A DNA stretch of 50,044 nucleotides from Candidatus Scalinduaceae bacterium. GTDB taxonomy: Bacteria; Planctomycetota; Brocadiia; Brocadiales; Scalinduaceae. Position 1 is the stretch's first letter, and every line of letters begins with the position of its first letter. Of the stretch, positions 21,445-32,603 are shown piece after piece. Where the stretch lies: assembly GCA_046759445.1 (NCBI GenBank), contig JBHICG010000020.1, positions 1 through 50,044 of the forward strand, written 5' to 3'. Below the pieces are notes generated by a model. That model did not search any database. It worked only from the letters and a program-made list of their open reading frames with translations, and was not told the DNA's origin. The position numbers and the translations under genes are program-made.

Positions 21445-21614
21445 TTATAATTCCTAACAAAAAAAACCTTGCAACTCCATCGTAATTTTCCGCTTAATTC
21501 AATTATGGCTCATTAATACATATAAAGCTTTGTGGTTTTTGTTAAAACCGTTCTTTCATGGTCAGATTCGGACCATGCAGATTTGGTCTATTCCAAAAAT
21601 GCCGTGGAGAATCT

Positions 21615-23144
21615 TCATACACTTCTATTATATGCAACGCCCCTTTCTAATCTATTTTTCTTTATCAGTTGATGGAGAAGCCCCATGTAAATAAGCGCCC
21701 AGAACGCTCCACCAAATACTTGAGAAGTTCCAGTTTCCATCACCAACAATATGTTAAAGATATAAATACACGCCACAACCGCTCCTATCCCCATTTCGCG
21801 ATGAATGAAGAGGTGCTGAACAATCCTGTACAGGGTGCCAATGAAGAATGCACCCAAGATTACACCAACCTTGCCGAAATTTATATAGAGTTCCACGAGC
21901 TGTGGCAGATTAACAGAAGTCATCGTGTCAAGCTCATGGATAAACCCATATCGGTGTCCAAAGGTTTGTCCCGTCATTTCTATTGGCTTACCTGGATACA
22001 AGAATCTGGGAATAGGTTTAAACAGCAAAGGGTAGTATGTCTCACCTCTCCAAAATGGCACACTGGCTGGAGTGGCCTCAACAACCTCAGCAAAAATCAA
22101 CAGACTATTCGTACGGCGTAAGGAAAACTCCTTCGCATCAGAATATGATTGGTATTCACCTGTGAAGGAATCCTTTGCAACCTTCAAAAAGAGGGCTACA
22201 TTTTCAGTAGGACTCATATCTCCCATTTCTCCCACACCCCAACTCTGGTCACGAAATTCTCCCATTCCCGAACGCAATATAATAAGCATAACAAATCCAA
22301 CAAGCATTGCCTTCCAGGGCATAAGATGCTTGAGCGTAGCGTATATAAAGATAAGCAGTAGTAAAATCTGTATACCCTGGAACGTAGCCCCTGTTCCCAG
22401 CCCCAAAAGCACCCTACATGGCACCAAGAAAACCCATAAAAAGCCCATACCGAGGATGCCAAGACGGCCTGTTAGCTGTAGGACGAACAGTATTATTATT
22501 GAGATAACAACAAGATCAGTAGCGTAAGCTACAATTTGCCGAATATTAACGGCGATAGGGATAAGAATTTTTATATAATAAATTGAGAGTCCGATAATAC
22601 CAAAAATTATACTAAGCTGTTTTACTTTGCCATAACTTTTCCACTGCATATTAAAACTCGGTACTATTCTTGCAATTGCTCTTTGGTGAAAACCATAATA
22701 ACCGATAAATACAAATCCGAGACCTAAGAGGGAGAGCATGAGCGCTTGTTCAATGGAAGAATCGGACAAGGGTATATTCTTGTACGCGGAGTGCGTATAT
22801 TCATTTATCAAAAAAATAGATAACGCGTAGTAAACTGCATAGATAGCAGCAAAGAAGGGCATAAAGGGAATTCCGCGATCTCTGCCTGAAAGCCAGAGCA
22901 ACACTGGAACCGAAGCCAACACGATGGTGAGGGAGGCAAGCAATCTCTGGATTGGTGTAGGGCCTGAAGGGGCATAAAGATTAAGTGCGAGAATGACAAA
23001 TCCTAAGGATATTCCAAACGTTATTAGCTGACGTCGCGAAAAGGGCCGAGCATATGGCAAAGCTACCGTTTCATACCATGTACCTGGCAACAGATTCAAT
23101 CGAGACTGTTCTCTGCTGCGCCTACTGATTGTTTTCATAAGCAT
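21615..23144 (-). CDS. Polytopic membrane protein, putative Wzy polysaccharide polymerase
   Basis: About 11 hydrophobic segments, a large periplasmic loop, IPRFLYPGKP and ELYINFG motifs. Position inside a Wzx/Wzc/Wza locus. Confidence 0.65.
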   Translation of the reverse strand: MLMKTISRRSREQSRLNLLPGTWYETVALPYARPFSRRQLITFGISLGFVILALNLYAPSGPTPIQRLLASLTIVLASVPVLLWLSGRDRGIPFMPFFAAIYAVYYALSIFLINEYTHSAYKNIPLSDSSIEQALMLSLLGLGFVFIGYYGFHQRAIARIVPSFNMQWKSYGKVKQLSIIFGIIGLSIYYIKILIPIAVNIRQIVAYATDLVVISIIILFVLQLTGRLGILGMGFLWVFLVPCRVLLGLGTGATFQGIQILLLLIFIYATLKHLMPWKAMLVGFVMLIILRSGMGEFRDQSWGVGEMGDMSPTENVALFLKVAKDSFTGEYQSYSDAKEFSLRRTNSLLIFAEVVEATPASVPFWRGETYYPLLFKPIPRFLYPGKPIEMTGQTFGHRYGFIHELDTMTSVNLPQLVELYINFGKVGVILGAFFIGTLYRIVQHLFIHREMGIGAVVACIYIFNILLVMETGTSQVFGGAFWALIYMGLLHQLIKKNRLERGVAYNRSV

Positions 23145-23171
23145 TTTGATTTAAGAGACTTATTTATTTTA

Positions 23172-24341
23172 CTAAAGACCTCTTTCATTCAGGATACTCT
23201 CATATTTCCTGACTATCTTTTCCCCATAATCATCCCATGTGAATCCTTTACTCATCCTCTCTTTGGCAGATTGACCCATTGCTCTACATATCTCAGGATT
23301 TTCATATAGGTATACAAGCTTTTCTTTTAATGCCTCCACATCTCTTATAGGAATGATAAAGCCATCTATACCTTCTCGAACAATATCTTCCCCACCGGTA
23401 TTGGTTGTGCAAATCACTGGTAATCCACACGCCATTGCCTGCGATTGAACCATTCCAAAGCCTTCTTGAATGGAATTAATCACAAATACCGAGCCTTGCG
23501 AATAATACTTATAAAGCTCTTTCTGAGGAACATGACCAATATATTTATAATTCCCCTCGTATTTCTTAAAAAAAGGTTTTATCTCCTCACTCGCACCTCC
23601 CACTAACAGCAGCTCTGAATTAGGGAGATTTAATTCTGAGAAGGCTTGTAAGAGGTAATGGACACCTTTCTGAATACTCATCCCCCCTGCATAAACCACC
23701 CTGAATACCTTGTCTTCCTTTGGTACCTGCCTGAATTCATCAAGATGAACACCATAAGGGACATGGATTAGTTTTACCTCTGGAAACCCCTTTTCAAGAA
23801 AAGTCCTTTTAGCAAATAACGACGGGATTGAAATATAATCTACTTCTTCATATTCCTGCAGTTCTTTTTCTACTATTTTTGGATGTGCAAGTCGTGGTTT
23901 AATCCCAAATCTCCCATATTCTTCCCTTAAGATTTCCGTTTGATAAAGCATATGAGAACTTCCCCGTTCTAAGATGGTTATTGCCCCCATATCATTTGCT
24001 TTTCTTATAGTCCTAAGAGAACAACCTGCAAATGCTACACAGATATCACTTTTACTGTATAGATGAGACGCCCATCTATCATAAACATCAAGAATGAGAT
24101 ATTGTGGGTTGTAAGAATTCCTTAAAAATAATGGCAGCCGCCTCCATCCCCTTTCCATTACTTCTTTAATTACAACAGACCCAACCTTATCCTTAGGAAT
24201 TCCATATTTTGCGACCTCAAATTTAGGATATGAAGTAATAAGTCTGTTTAAATAACCTTGTTTTAACAACTGCTGAGAAAGATAAAAAGCGTGAAATCTA
24301 CCACAGACTGATATTGTTACTTTCAAAAGTCTGCCTCCCAA
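23172..24341 (-). CDS. Glycosyltransferase family 4
   Basis: VPYGV, QKGVHYL, EGFGMVQSQAMACGLP. Confidence 0.88.
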   Translation of the reverse strand: MGGRLLKVTISVCGRFHAFYLSQQLLKQGYLNRLITSYPKFEVAKYGIPKDKVGSVVIKEVMERGWRRLPLFLRNSYNPQYLILDVYDRWASHLYSKSDICVAFAGCSLRTIRKANDMGAITILERGSSHMLYQTEILREEYGRFGIKPRLAHPKIVEKELQEYEEVDYISIPSLFAKRTFLEKGFPEVKLIHVPYGVHLDEFRQVPKEDKVFRVVYAGGMSIQKGVHYLLQAFSELNLPNSELLLVGGASEEIKPFFKKYEGNYKYIGHVPQKELYKYYSQGSVFVINSIQEGFGMVQSQAMACGLPVICTTNTGGEDIVREGIDGFIIPIRDVEALKEKLVYLYENPEICRAMGQSAKERMSKGFTWDDYGEKIVRKYESILNERGL

Positions 24342-24359
24342 AGAGCTTAAGCCTTAAGA

Positions 24360-25166
24360 TCAATTAAAATTTTCTTTGTTGGAGGTAATATAGTTCCAAC
24401 AGTCCCCTTTTAAACAGGCCAGGTATGCTCCAAAGGAATTGGATAAACGCCGAAAAGGCACTGTCTTTTTGCCAAAAAAATATTCAAACTTTCCAATTAA
24501 TGGCAGCGTTATATGATAAATCGTAATGCCGAATGTTTTCATCAACATAATATTTAAAACGTGATGCAAAATATTAAACATAGGTGGTATTCTTAAAATG
24601 CCAGGTCTTTCTACGTAATATTTTATGTGGAAACCGCAAGCTGATACCAATCTTGAGATAGTTTTAGGGTTATGGATTCTTACATGATATTCTGGGCCAT
24701 CATGGTAAAAAGGGACCGAAATAATTAAAGTGCCGTCATCCTTCAATACGTCTCGAACAGAATGTAAGGCCGCTGCATCTTTAATAAGGTGTTCCAACAC
24801 TTCGCTCAATATAACTACATCCATGGTTCCATTCTTAAAAGGAAGAGGACGTTCTATGTTTCCAAGCACTAAGTTGTCAATCATTGGGATTTTAACTAAA
24901 TCCAGGGCAACAACAGAATATCTTTTCGATTTGAGATAAAAATAGTCTCGTCCCCCAAAAGCTCCAATAACCAAGGCCTTCGCTGGAGGATTAGGCAGCC
25001 ATTTCTGAAAAAAGTAGGTAACTTCAAAGGCTCCCCCTATATTGATAAAATGACTGCAATGTTGGTAAGGGATATCCACTTGGTAATGCGATTTAACATA
25101 GGACTTTTTAATTTCATTGTAATTTTGCCGGATCCAGTTCTTAATGCGACTGAAGCTTGTTCTCAT
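24360..25166 (-). CDS. Class I SAM-dependent methyltransferase
   Basis: VIGAFGG, LPFKNGTMDVVILSEVLEHL, ISVP. Confidence 0.8.
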   Translation of the reverse strand: MRTSFSRIKNWIRQNYNEIKKSYVKSHYQVDIPYQHCSHFINIGGAFEVTYFFQKWLPNPPAKALVIGAFGGRDYFYLKSKRYSVVALDLVKIPMIDNLVLGNIERPLPFKNGTMDVVILSEVLEHLIKDAAALHSVRDVLKDDGTLIISVPFYHDGPEYHVRIHNPKTISRLVSACGFHIKYYVERPGILRIPPMFNILHHVLNIMLMKTFGITIYHITLPLIGKFEYFFGKKTVPFRRLSNSFGAYLACLKGDCWNYITSNKENFN

Positions 25167-25367
25167 TACTTTCTCTTATAGTGGTTTTTCGACTACGTCT
25201 TTCTGGCGAGGCCTATCAATAACTCATTGCTAAAGTTGAGGATTTGCCTGTTTCTTTTATCACAAACAGGTCAATTCTTATTTTGTATGGAATCTTCCAC
25301 AAATAGTTATTGTCATTTTCATTTCTTAATGGATTTTGCTCTCGGGCCAAGGCCACTAAGGTTTACA

Positions 25368-26885
25368 TCAAGTTCTAATATAAGACTTTCTGTTTTTAAA
25401 ATAACACCAACTTCCCAAAAGAATCGCCATTATATCGAAACAAAGATGTTTAAAGTTTGGATGTTTACTCACTAACAGGGTTCTCCACCTTCTATACAAA
25501 AATTTTCTAAAATATTTGTATTGGAAAAAGTGCCTTGCCCGATTAGTATAAGAGGATTTGGAATATCTTTTTTCTAAATAGTCCCATACCTCTTTAAGTC
25601 TTGTTTCTGAAATTAGATTCTCTGTTTTCTTTATTCTCCCCACGTTAAAATCGTCGTACGTTTTATAATATGGACTCGAAGCAATGGATGATGCATATTT
25701 ATCGTACATATACGTTCCAGGCAAAGCAGTGGTATAAGATGCATTCATAAAATGTGGTTTAACTTTTTCTATTAGGTTAACTGACTCTGTTAATTCCGCT
25801 TCAGTCTCGGTTGGAGACCCTAACATGATATTAGCTTGGGCTGGAAGACCTATCTCATGACAAATATTATAGGCATTAATAATATCATCATAACTAAGCC
25901 CTTTACAGAAGACTTCTTCTCTTATTCTTGTGCTTCCTGCTTCAAAAGTCATAACAACACCTACACAACCAGCATTACGCATCTTTAATAATACGTCTTT
26001 CCTTGCTCTATTAATTCTTCCGTTCGCATGCCAGAGTATACTATTTAGTTTGCTCTGAATCATTAAATTACAAAATCTGGATGTCCAATCATAGTCATAC
26101 GAAAAGGTGTCATCGTTAATCCAAAGACCATTAACATCATACTTTCTTTTGAGTTCTGCTATTTCCGCAACAACATTTTCCGGAGATCTTTTTCTTGTTT
26201 TTTTCCCAAACATTAAATCAACTGTCGGTTGGCAAAATGTGCAATTGTATGGACACCCTCGAACAGTTATTAATAACAGGCTTGGACTACCAAGAGGATA
26301 ACCGGCTCTTCCACGTATTACATTTTCAGGCAAAAGCTCTCTATCTATAAAAGGAAGATCATCAAGATTATTTATATAATCTCCTTTCTCCGTGGTAATC
26401 AGTTTATTCTCTTTATCTAATAATGCAATGCCTTTTACATTTTCAAATGACGGCATGTTTAAGGATATATTTCTAACTAAATCAAGGATTGAAATTTCTC
26501 CTTCCCCTATTATACAGAAATCAACATGCTTGCTTTTCAATGTCTCTTGAGGACAAACTGTTGGATGAGGGCCACCTGCAACAATTGTAACTTTAGGAAA
26601 ATCCTTTTTTATACCCATTGCCACTTCTTCAGCTTTACCAGCAAACATTGTAGTTACACTCAGTCCTACAATATCAGGTTGAAACCCGAAAACTTCCTTT
26701 TGGACATAACTCACTTTGTCCTCAGTTGTTTTACCTTCAAGGCCAATAAGTTTTACTGCATAACCCTCCTTCTTTAGTACAGTTCCAATATACAGCAAGC
26801 CCATTGGTTCATTGTCCAATGGTTCTAAATAAACTAATAATATCCTCATATTATGCTTAGTTGTTTCAGCACTACACATACACAA
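25368..26885 (-). CDS. B12-binding domain radical SAM protein
   Basis: PMGLLYI, GGPHPT, GEGE, RGCPYNCTFC, DDTF, GSPTET. True start is probably MRILLV. Confidence 0.88.
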   Translation of the reverse strand: MCMCSAETTKHNMRILLVYLEPLDNEPMGLLYIGTVLKKEGYAVKLIGLEGKTTEDKVSYVQKEVFGFQPDIVGLSVTTMFAGKAEEVAMGIKKDFPKVTIVAGGPHPTVCPQETLKSKHVDFCIIGEGEISILDLVRNISLNMPSFENVKGIALLDKENKLITTEKGDYINNLDDLPFIDRELLPENVIRGRAGYPLGSPSLLLITVRGCPYNCTFCQPTVDLMFGKKTRKRSPENVVAEIAELKRKYDVNGLWINDDTFSYDYDWTSRFCNLMIQSKLNSILWHANGRINRARKDVLLKMRNAGCVGVVMTFEAGSTRIREEVFCKGLSYDDIINAYNICHEIGLPAQANIMLGSPTETEAELTESVNLIEKVKPHFMNASYTTALPGTYMYDKYASSIASSPYYKTYDDFNVGRIKKTENLISETRLKEVWDYLEKRYSKSSYTNRARHFFQYKYFRKFLYRRWRTLLVSKHPNFKHLCFDIMAILLGSWCYFKNRKSYIRT

Positions 26886-26940
26886 CTCTCCTCTGCCTTA
26901 AAAGATATCTATAAGTTTTCTAAATAATTGTGATGTTTAA

Positions 26941-27807
26941 CTAAACTTGCTTTCTGGCAAGTATCGCCAATTCAATGCTAGAAGTGTCAACTTTTCCAGC
27001 TTCCGTACTAAAAAAGTCATCGATAATTCTATAAGGATGTGAGAAACATTTAACGTCAAATCCATACCTACGAAAGTTTGTCTCAAAAAAGATTTTGTCC
27101 ATAGCCATTGTGTGTGCCTCGCCGATGGCGAAAGACTTCTTTTGGTTAAAAATTTCTTTATCTCCACAACCAGTACAATTCGGGACAAAAATTGCTATCA
27201 AGCCATCATCCTTCAATAATCGATGAAATTCCTTAAATACAGTGTACAGATGTGGTAGATGTTCTAAGATATGATGGGCAAAGATTATGTCGAAAGTGTT
27301 ATTTGAAACAGAATCTAATTCAGCCTGCGAGTTAATGATCTTAACCCCAAGTTTCTTTATACCAAATAAGGCCCTCGGTTCGGATATCTCAAAGCCAACA
27401 GCATCGAACCCAGTATGATTAAACTGCCATACTCCATATCCCCAAGAACAACCATAGTCAAGGACATAGCCCTTTTGTTTGAAACGTTTTATAATTTCAA
27501 TCTTATCAGAAAAGCCTTTATTTGCACTTGAAAAAGCTGAATCAGTAAAATGCTGCAGTGTCTCATCGTCTGGAATATTTGTGGTAATGCCCTCATTGTA
27601 ATCTTCTTGGTAAAATTCTAAATTGGTATGGACATCGTCCTTTGGATACCGAAACATCAAATAACAATCAACGCATTGCCTCAGTTGCAAAATAAGATAC
27701 TTTGTATTGAGTCGCATAGTTTTACTGCTACCACAATGTGGGCAAGTAATATCTTGCCTATACACATATCTTCTCAATGTCTTATACAAAAATTTCCAGC
27801 GAGCCAT
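26941..27807 (-). CDS. Class I SAM-dependent methyltransferase with N-terminal Cys pairs
   Basis: CPHC...CVDC, LDYGCSWG, HILEHL, VPN. Confidence 0.83.
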   Translation of the reverse strand: MARWKFLYKTLRRYVYRQDITCPHCGSSKTMRLNTKYLILQLRQCVDCYLMFRYPKDDVHTNLEFYQEDYNEGITTNIPDDETLQHFTDSAFSSANKGFSDKIEIIKRFKQKGYVLDYGCSWGYGVWQFNHTGFDAVGFEISEPRALFGIKKLGVKIINSQAELDSVSNNTFDIIFAHHILEHLPHLYTVFKEFHRLLKDDGLIAIFVPNCTGCGDKEIFNQKKSFAIGEAHTMAMDKIFFETNFRRYGFDVKCFSHPYRIIDDFFSTEAGKVDTSSIELAILARKQV

Positions 27808-27817
27808 TCAGCTTCCT

Positions 27818-29275
27818 CTACGAGACAAATCTCTCTTTAGTATCCCTCGACCATATTTTCTCAATGAGCGTAACTATATTTTCTTTTAGCACCTTTTTTT
27901 CCATAAAGAAAAGCCCTATTCCATATAGGGTTATGAATAGTATAACCGAGAGAATAAATGCAAATCCTTTCGTAGGAATATTTAAGTAATGTGAAAATAT
28001 CAACATGAAGATAAAAATAAATACGCCAAGAACTACAGGAGTTATATAATTTCTTTTCACATAGTTGAAAGTGTATTCACGTGTATAATAATAAGTACCC
28101 ACTACCCCAATTCCAGCCGATAGCATAAAAGCAATAGCAGCTCCCATTGCACCATAAAGTTTAACACCAATAAACAGGGCGGGAATAAGGATGAGAATTT
28201 GTATCAAACGGAGCCTGATTACTTCTTTAAATCTACCTAAAGAATAAAGTAATATTTTGAGATTTTCGGAAACAGGTACAATAACTACGCAAAGAGCAAG
28301 GAATCTTATTATTGGGGCTGTTGGACTCCATTTTTCACCATAAAGTAGGGTAATAATAGGCTCAGGAAACAAAATTAAGATGAGTGCCAAAGGAAACATT
28401 AGGCGAATAAGAAAGAAGTTGACAATATGACATGCTTGAGAAAGCTTAACTTGATCTTTTTGCAACTTAGAATAAAAGGGAAAAGCAACCTTAGTTGCAG
28501 CAGGAGCAACTGCTGTATTTCCTAAATCTACAAAGTATCTGCCCTGGCTATAATACCCTAAAGACGTTGTCCCAAGAAGAGAACCAACCAAAAGGTTATC
28601 AAGTTTAAACCATGCCCCTTCAAGCCCCCTAGAAAATAACATACCCCAGCTAAATCTAATTAGTCGTTTTGAAGATTCTCTATCAAATCGCCACGTAAAC
28701 CTCCAGGGTGAAACCGCTCGAAAGCCGATAAAACATACCAAAGTCATTAGCAGTTCTTTTCCAACTATACTCCAAACTCCAAATCCGCGATAAGCCAAAG
28801 TTATCCCACCTATTGCAGCAACCACTGCTGAAATAAAGCGTATGATGGACAGTTTCTTATAAATAAGTTCTTTTTCGACAGTTGCAGAATAAACTGAAGA
28901 AATAAAAGTCAGGGGTCGTGTTAAACCAATAACAAAAAAAACCGTTACAAGGTTGGTTGAGAAAAAATGTGTTAAAACAATGCTTGTAAGTCCTGTGAAT
29001 ATTAAAAAGACAACTCCTTGGATTACAGAGAGGGCAAAAGCGGTTTCATTCAAGTATTTACCGCCTTGAACCTGAATCAATCCCGAGGAGAAATCCCATG
29101 AAAAGAACAGACATATAAGCTCAATAATAGAGACAGCAAGGGCATAGGTCCCAAAGTCCTCTGGGAAAAGCAGACGAACTAAGATTAGCTGCGCACCAAA
29201 ACTTATGATAAAGGACGAATAACTTGCCCCGGCGACCCAAAATGTTCCTAAAATTGCCTTTCTTGCTATGCTCAT
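27818..29275 (-). CDS. wzx: Polysaccharide flippase (Wzx/WzxC family)
   Basis: LVRLLFPEDFG, GFGVWS, DNLLVG, LGYY, LLYGEKW, 12 or more TM segments. Confidence 0.9.
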   Translation of the reverse strand: MSIARKAILGTFWVAGASYSSFIISFGAQLILVRLLFPEDFGTYALAVSIIELICLFFSWDFSSGLIQVQGGKYLNETAFALSVIQGVVFLIFTGLTSIVLTHFFSTNLVTVFFVIGLTRPLTFISSVYSATVEKELIYKKLSIIRFISAVVAAIGGITLAYRGFGVWSIVGKELLMTLVCFIGFRAVSPWRFTWRFDRESSKRLIRFSWGMLFSRGLEGAWFKLDNLLVGSLLGTTSLGYYSQGRYFVDLGNTAVAPAATKVAFPFYSKLQKDQVKLSQACHIVNFFLIRLMFPLALILILFPEPIITLLYGEKWSPTAPIIRFLALCVVIVPVSENLKILLYSLGRFKEVIRLRLIQILILIPALFIGVKLYGAMGAAIAFMLSAGIGVVGTYYYTREYTFNYVKRNYITPVVLGVFIFIFMLIFSHYLNIPTKGFAFILSVILFITLYGIGLFFMEKKVLKENIVTLIEKIWSRDTKERFVS

Positions 29276-29498
29276 CTATTGGAAGCCGCAAATTCTTTTC
29301 TTTACATACTTTCAGTATACATATTACCCTGCTCTATTAGCTCCTGTCTCGTTATGGTATTCTTACCTATCTCTACAAGAGTAACTATCCAGCCATTTTC
29401 TTGATATAAATAACATGCCTGTACTTTTTATTGCTACAAGCTGTATTAGCAAATCGTTTTTCGAATTTAAATAGTAAATAAATATTCCTTTGATCTTC

Positions 29499-30566
29499 TC
29501 ACTGTTTTAAATAATGGACATGGTTTTGCAATTGTTCAACCATATATCTTAATCTATCATGATGGCTATACCCGCCATCCATGCACCTCTTCCTCCCAGC
29601 TTTGGCGATGGCTTTTCGCTCCTCGTCTTGAGCAAGGTAGTACTTCACCTTTTCCAAAAGTTCCTGTGGACTATTGATATCAAAAAAAACAGCCTCTTTC
29701 CCTTCGTCAAATAGCTTTTGATGTTCAAAGGTTCTTTCTGCAAGCATAAAACCTCCATACGCAGGTATTTCTATAGTACGAGATGTCTGTAAGTCCCTGT
29801 TCATTTTGCGCAAAAAACAAAGATTAATCTTTGTAGCGCAAATGGCTCTACCATAATCATCTTCAAAGAGAGGTCGATTTTCCACTTTAAGATTTCGGTG
29901 TTTATTTACCATCTTGTCCCAGCCATTTCCCCACACCCTAATTTGGATTCCGTTCTGAGCAAGGAAATGCATCTTTTCGGCACGGTCTTTTTCAAAGGTA
30001 CCTATAAAGCCAACTTCTGACCCAAATTTTTCCCTGTCTTCATCGCTTATTGGAATGGGGTTTTGTGTATTTTTATCATAAGCCGCATCTACAAAAACCA
30101 CTTTTCTTGCCCCCAAAGCAGGCAATTCTTCTGAGTTACAATTATAGCTTTTAGTAGTAAAGACCACATCGTAAAAAGGTAAACAACCCCTGTAATAGGC
30201 CGACTGGTTATGCCTGGCAAAAGTGTCGTCCTCTGAACAAGAAACGACAATTATGTTATGTTGGTTTTTTTTTACTTTTTTCAACGTAGAAGGTCGTATC
30301 ATGAGGCCTAATTCAATCCACAAAATGTCTGGCTTTTTCTGATCTACTTTTTCAATAATTTGCATGTTTATACCAGTGAGATCTAAAGGAAATCCCAACT
30401 TACCACATATTTTAGAAATTAAAGATGGTCCTTTGGTAATACCGGGCTTAAATCCAATAGGGACAAAAGAAAGCCCAACAACATCGTAACACATATCCTG
30501 AAGAACCTTAAATCTCTGATATGACCTGGAATATCTATTTAAGTTACCAACAAAAATAATTGTCAT
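29499..30566 (-). CDS. Glycosyltransferase, CgeB/Glyco_trans_1_2-like
   Basis: VGFIG, RTIEIPAYGGFMLAERT, YYLAQDEERKAIAKAG. Confidence 0.8.
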   Translation of the reverse strand: MTIIFVGNLNRYSRSYQRFKVLQDMCYDVVGLSFVPIGFKPGITKGPSLISKICGKLGFPLDLTGINMQIIEKVDQKKPDILWIELGLMIRPSTLKKVKKNQHNIIVVSCSEDDTFARHNQSAYYRGCLPFYDVVFTTKSYNCNSEELPALGARKVVFVDAAYDKNTQNPIPISDEDREKFGSEVGFIGTFEKDRAEKMHFLAQNGIQIRVWGNGWDKMVNKHRNLKVENRPLFEDDYGRAICATKINLCFLRKMNRDLQTSRTIEIPAYGGFMLAERTFEHQKLFDEGKEAVFFDINSPQELLEKVKYYLAQDEERKAIAKAGRKRCMDGGYSHHDRLRYMVEQLQNHVHYLKQ

Positions 30567-30620
30567 AACAACTGTTTTTCATCCACTTGGTAATAACACT
30601 GTCGTTTAAAGCTGCAACCC

Positions 30621-31403
30621 TTAGCCCTCTCTGAAGGCTAATATCTCGTTTGTATCATCTATACTCAGCTTTTCATTTATGGGCTGGAGGTAATAGCCCA
30701 TTGACTTTAAAAACGCACAGCATTGTTGATGCACTTCCGTCCCATGGGTAGCCAAAAATATCGTTGGATGATAGTTATTAAGTATTGATTTTGCACCAGA
30801 AAGAACCAATAGTTCCGCTCCTTCCACATCAATTTTCATATAGTCCGGCGGAGGTATTTCACCTTTTGAAACAAGACCATCTAAACTAACCGCTTTGATC
30901 TCGAGACAACCTTTTTGGGACAACCTACCTGTATGGTTATTTGAGCCCTCTTCAAAAAAGGTAAAGCCACTGCGCTCTACTACCGCTGCTTCAATTACTG
31001 TCACATTTTTTTTACACTGATTGACCCGCAAATGCTCTTTCAGGTAATGTATATTTCTTGGTAAAGGCTCAAAAGCTATAGCTTTACCCTTTGGTCCAAC
31101 TATTTGCGAAGATAAAAGTGTATAGAAACCAACATGTGCTCCAATGTCAAATACAACAGAGCCTTCTTGAATCATTTCGGCAAAAAGAATTTGCTTTTGA
31201 TATTCGTAACTGCCTAACCAGCAACCATGATTGCTTGAACCAACTATCCATCTTTTACCCCTCAGCCTTCCTTGTAAAATTGGTAACCTTATATCTGATG
31301 GGATAAGACTAAGAGGTAAACGTAAAAGTCTCCCCATTAAGCCTTTATTGGAAATTCCTGAAAAGTTTGTCACCAAATTCATTTGCGCTGCCAGTGCACC
31401 CAT
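30621..31403 (-). CDS. FkbM family methyltransferase
   Basis: FDIGAHVGFY, AFEP, KIDVEGAE. Confidence 0.9.
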   Translation of the reverse strand: MGALAAQMNLVTNFSGISNKGLMGRLLRLPLSLIPSDIRLPILQGRLRGKRWIVGSSNHGCWLGSYEYQKQILFAEMIQEGSVVFDIGAHVGFYTLLSSQIVGPKGKAIAFEPLPRNIHYLKEHLRVNQCKKNVTVIEAAVVERSGFTFFEEGSNNHTGRLSQKGCLEIKAVSLDGLVSKGEIPPPDYMKIDVEGAELLVLSGAKSILNNYHPTIFLATHGTEVHQQCCAFLKSMGYYLQPINEKLSIDDTNEILAFREG

Positions 31404-32603
31404 CTAATTCATTCTTTTAGTCGCCTTTACATACTCAAGGGCGCTTAATATGCCTTCAAGGTCTTCTTTATAACCCCACTTAGATATTATTTCCGAAGAA
31501 AATTTACCCATTTTTTCCATTAACTCAGGGCTCTGTATCAGCTTTAGTAAGCAGCTTGCTAACCTTTCAATATCACCAACAGGATAGACAAAACCGTTTT
31601 CTCCGTCTTTTACCAAATCAGGGCTTGCTCCTACTTGATCTGTAGTTATTATGGGCAAATTAAAATTCATTACCTCGTTGATTATTAAACCCCATGGCTC
31701 GTCTGTAGAAGGCAGTACAAAAACATCGGCAATTACATAGTAATCAGGAAGCTCTGTTTGGTTCTTAAACCCGACAAAATGCACATTTCTAATATTATGG
31801 TCTTTTGCGCGAGCCTCAAGTACAGGTCTTTCAACACCATCACCAACAAAGACCAATGAGACATCAATTCTTTCTTGAATTTTTTCAAAGGCCTTTAATA
31901 AATCCATTGCCTTCTTTCTCTGGATCATTTTGGATGCATAGAGGATTACGGGTTGTTCAGGAGTTATTCCTAGTTCTTTTTTCAAACGGTCTCTTCTGCT
32001 ATGCAATTCTTGATACCTTTTTGAAAAATAATCATTATCCACAGCATATGGAGCTAAGAATAATTTCCTATCCGAAACCCCGTAATGTCTATAATATTCC
32101 CCGTTAAGGGTACCAATAGTCAGGAATGAAGAGATTCTTTTAAAGAGCTGGTGTAAAATTATTTTCTTAAAAACCCCTTTCCACCCGGCCCTGTAATTAA
32201 GGAGATGAGTCTCTCCGCGGAATATAATCGGTGTACCTGTCAGACCGGCAGCTAGGAACGCTAACCAATTGGTAGGCGAGACGTAACCATGTATAAGAAC
32301 AGCGTCGTAGTGTTCTTTGAAAATTTCCATTATGATGCCAGGATTAAATAAGAACCATGATCCATTTGCAAATATGCGGGGAAAATAATTTTGGAGAAAT
32401 TTGTAGTTGTAACCATCTAGAAGTGGAATATCCCACTTGTAAGCTACCCCAAAACCAGGATCTATTTTCTCAGTTACACCGTAGTTTGAATAAAGATAGA
32501 CCATCAGATCAATATTTGGATGGGCCGCCAGCTTGCAAAAGAGTGGAGCCTGGTATTGGATTGGATGGGACGTAAGAATGGCTAATCTATACTTCGTTGT
32601 CAT
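31404..32603 (-). CDS. Glycosyltransferase family 4
   Basis: HPIQYQAP, PYAVDN, PSTDEPWGLIINEVM. Confidence 0.9.
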   Translation of the reverse strand: MTTKYRLAILTSHPIQYQAPLFCKLAAHPNIDLMVYLYSNYGVTEKIDPGFGVAYKWDIPLLDGYNYKFLQNYFPRIFANGSWFLFNPGIIMEIFKEHYDAVLIHGYVSPTNWLAFLAAGLTGTPIIFRGETHLLNYRAGWKGVFKKIILHQLFKRISSFLTIGTLNGEYYRHYGVSDRKLFLAPYAVDNDYFSKRYQELHSRRDRLKKELGITPEQPVILYASKMIQRKKAMDLLKAFEKIQERIDVSLVFVGDGVERPVLEARAKDHNIRNVHFVGFKNQTELPDYYVIADVFVLPSTDEPWGLIINEVMNFNLPIITTDQVGASPDLVKDGENGFVYPVGDIERLASCLLKLIQSPELMEKMGKFSSEIISKWGYKEDLEGILSALEYVKATKRMN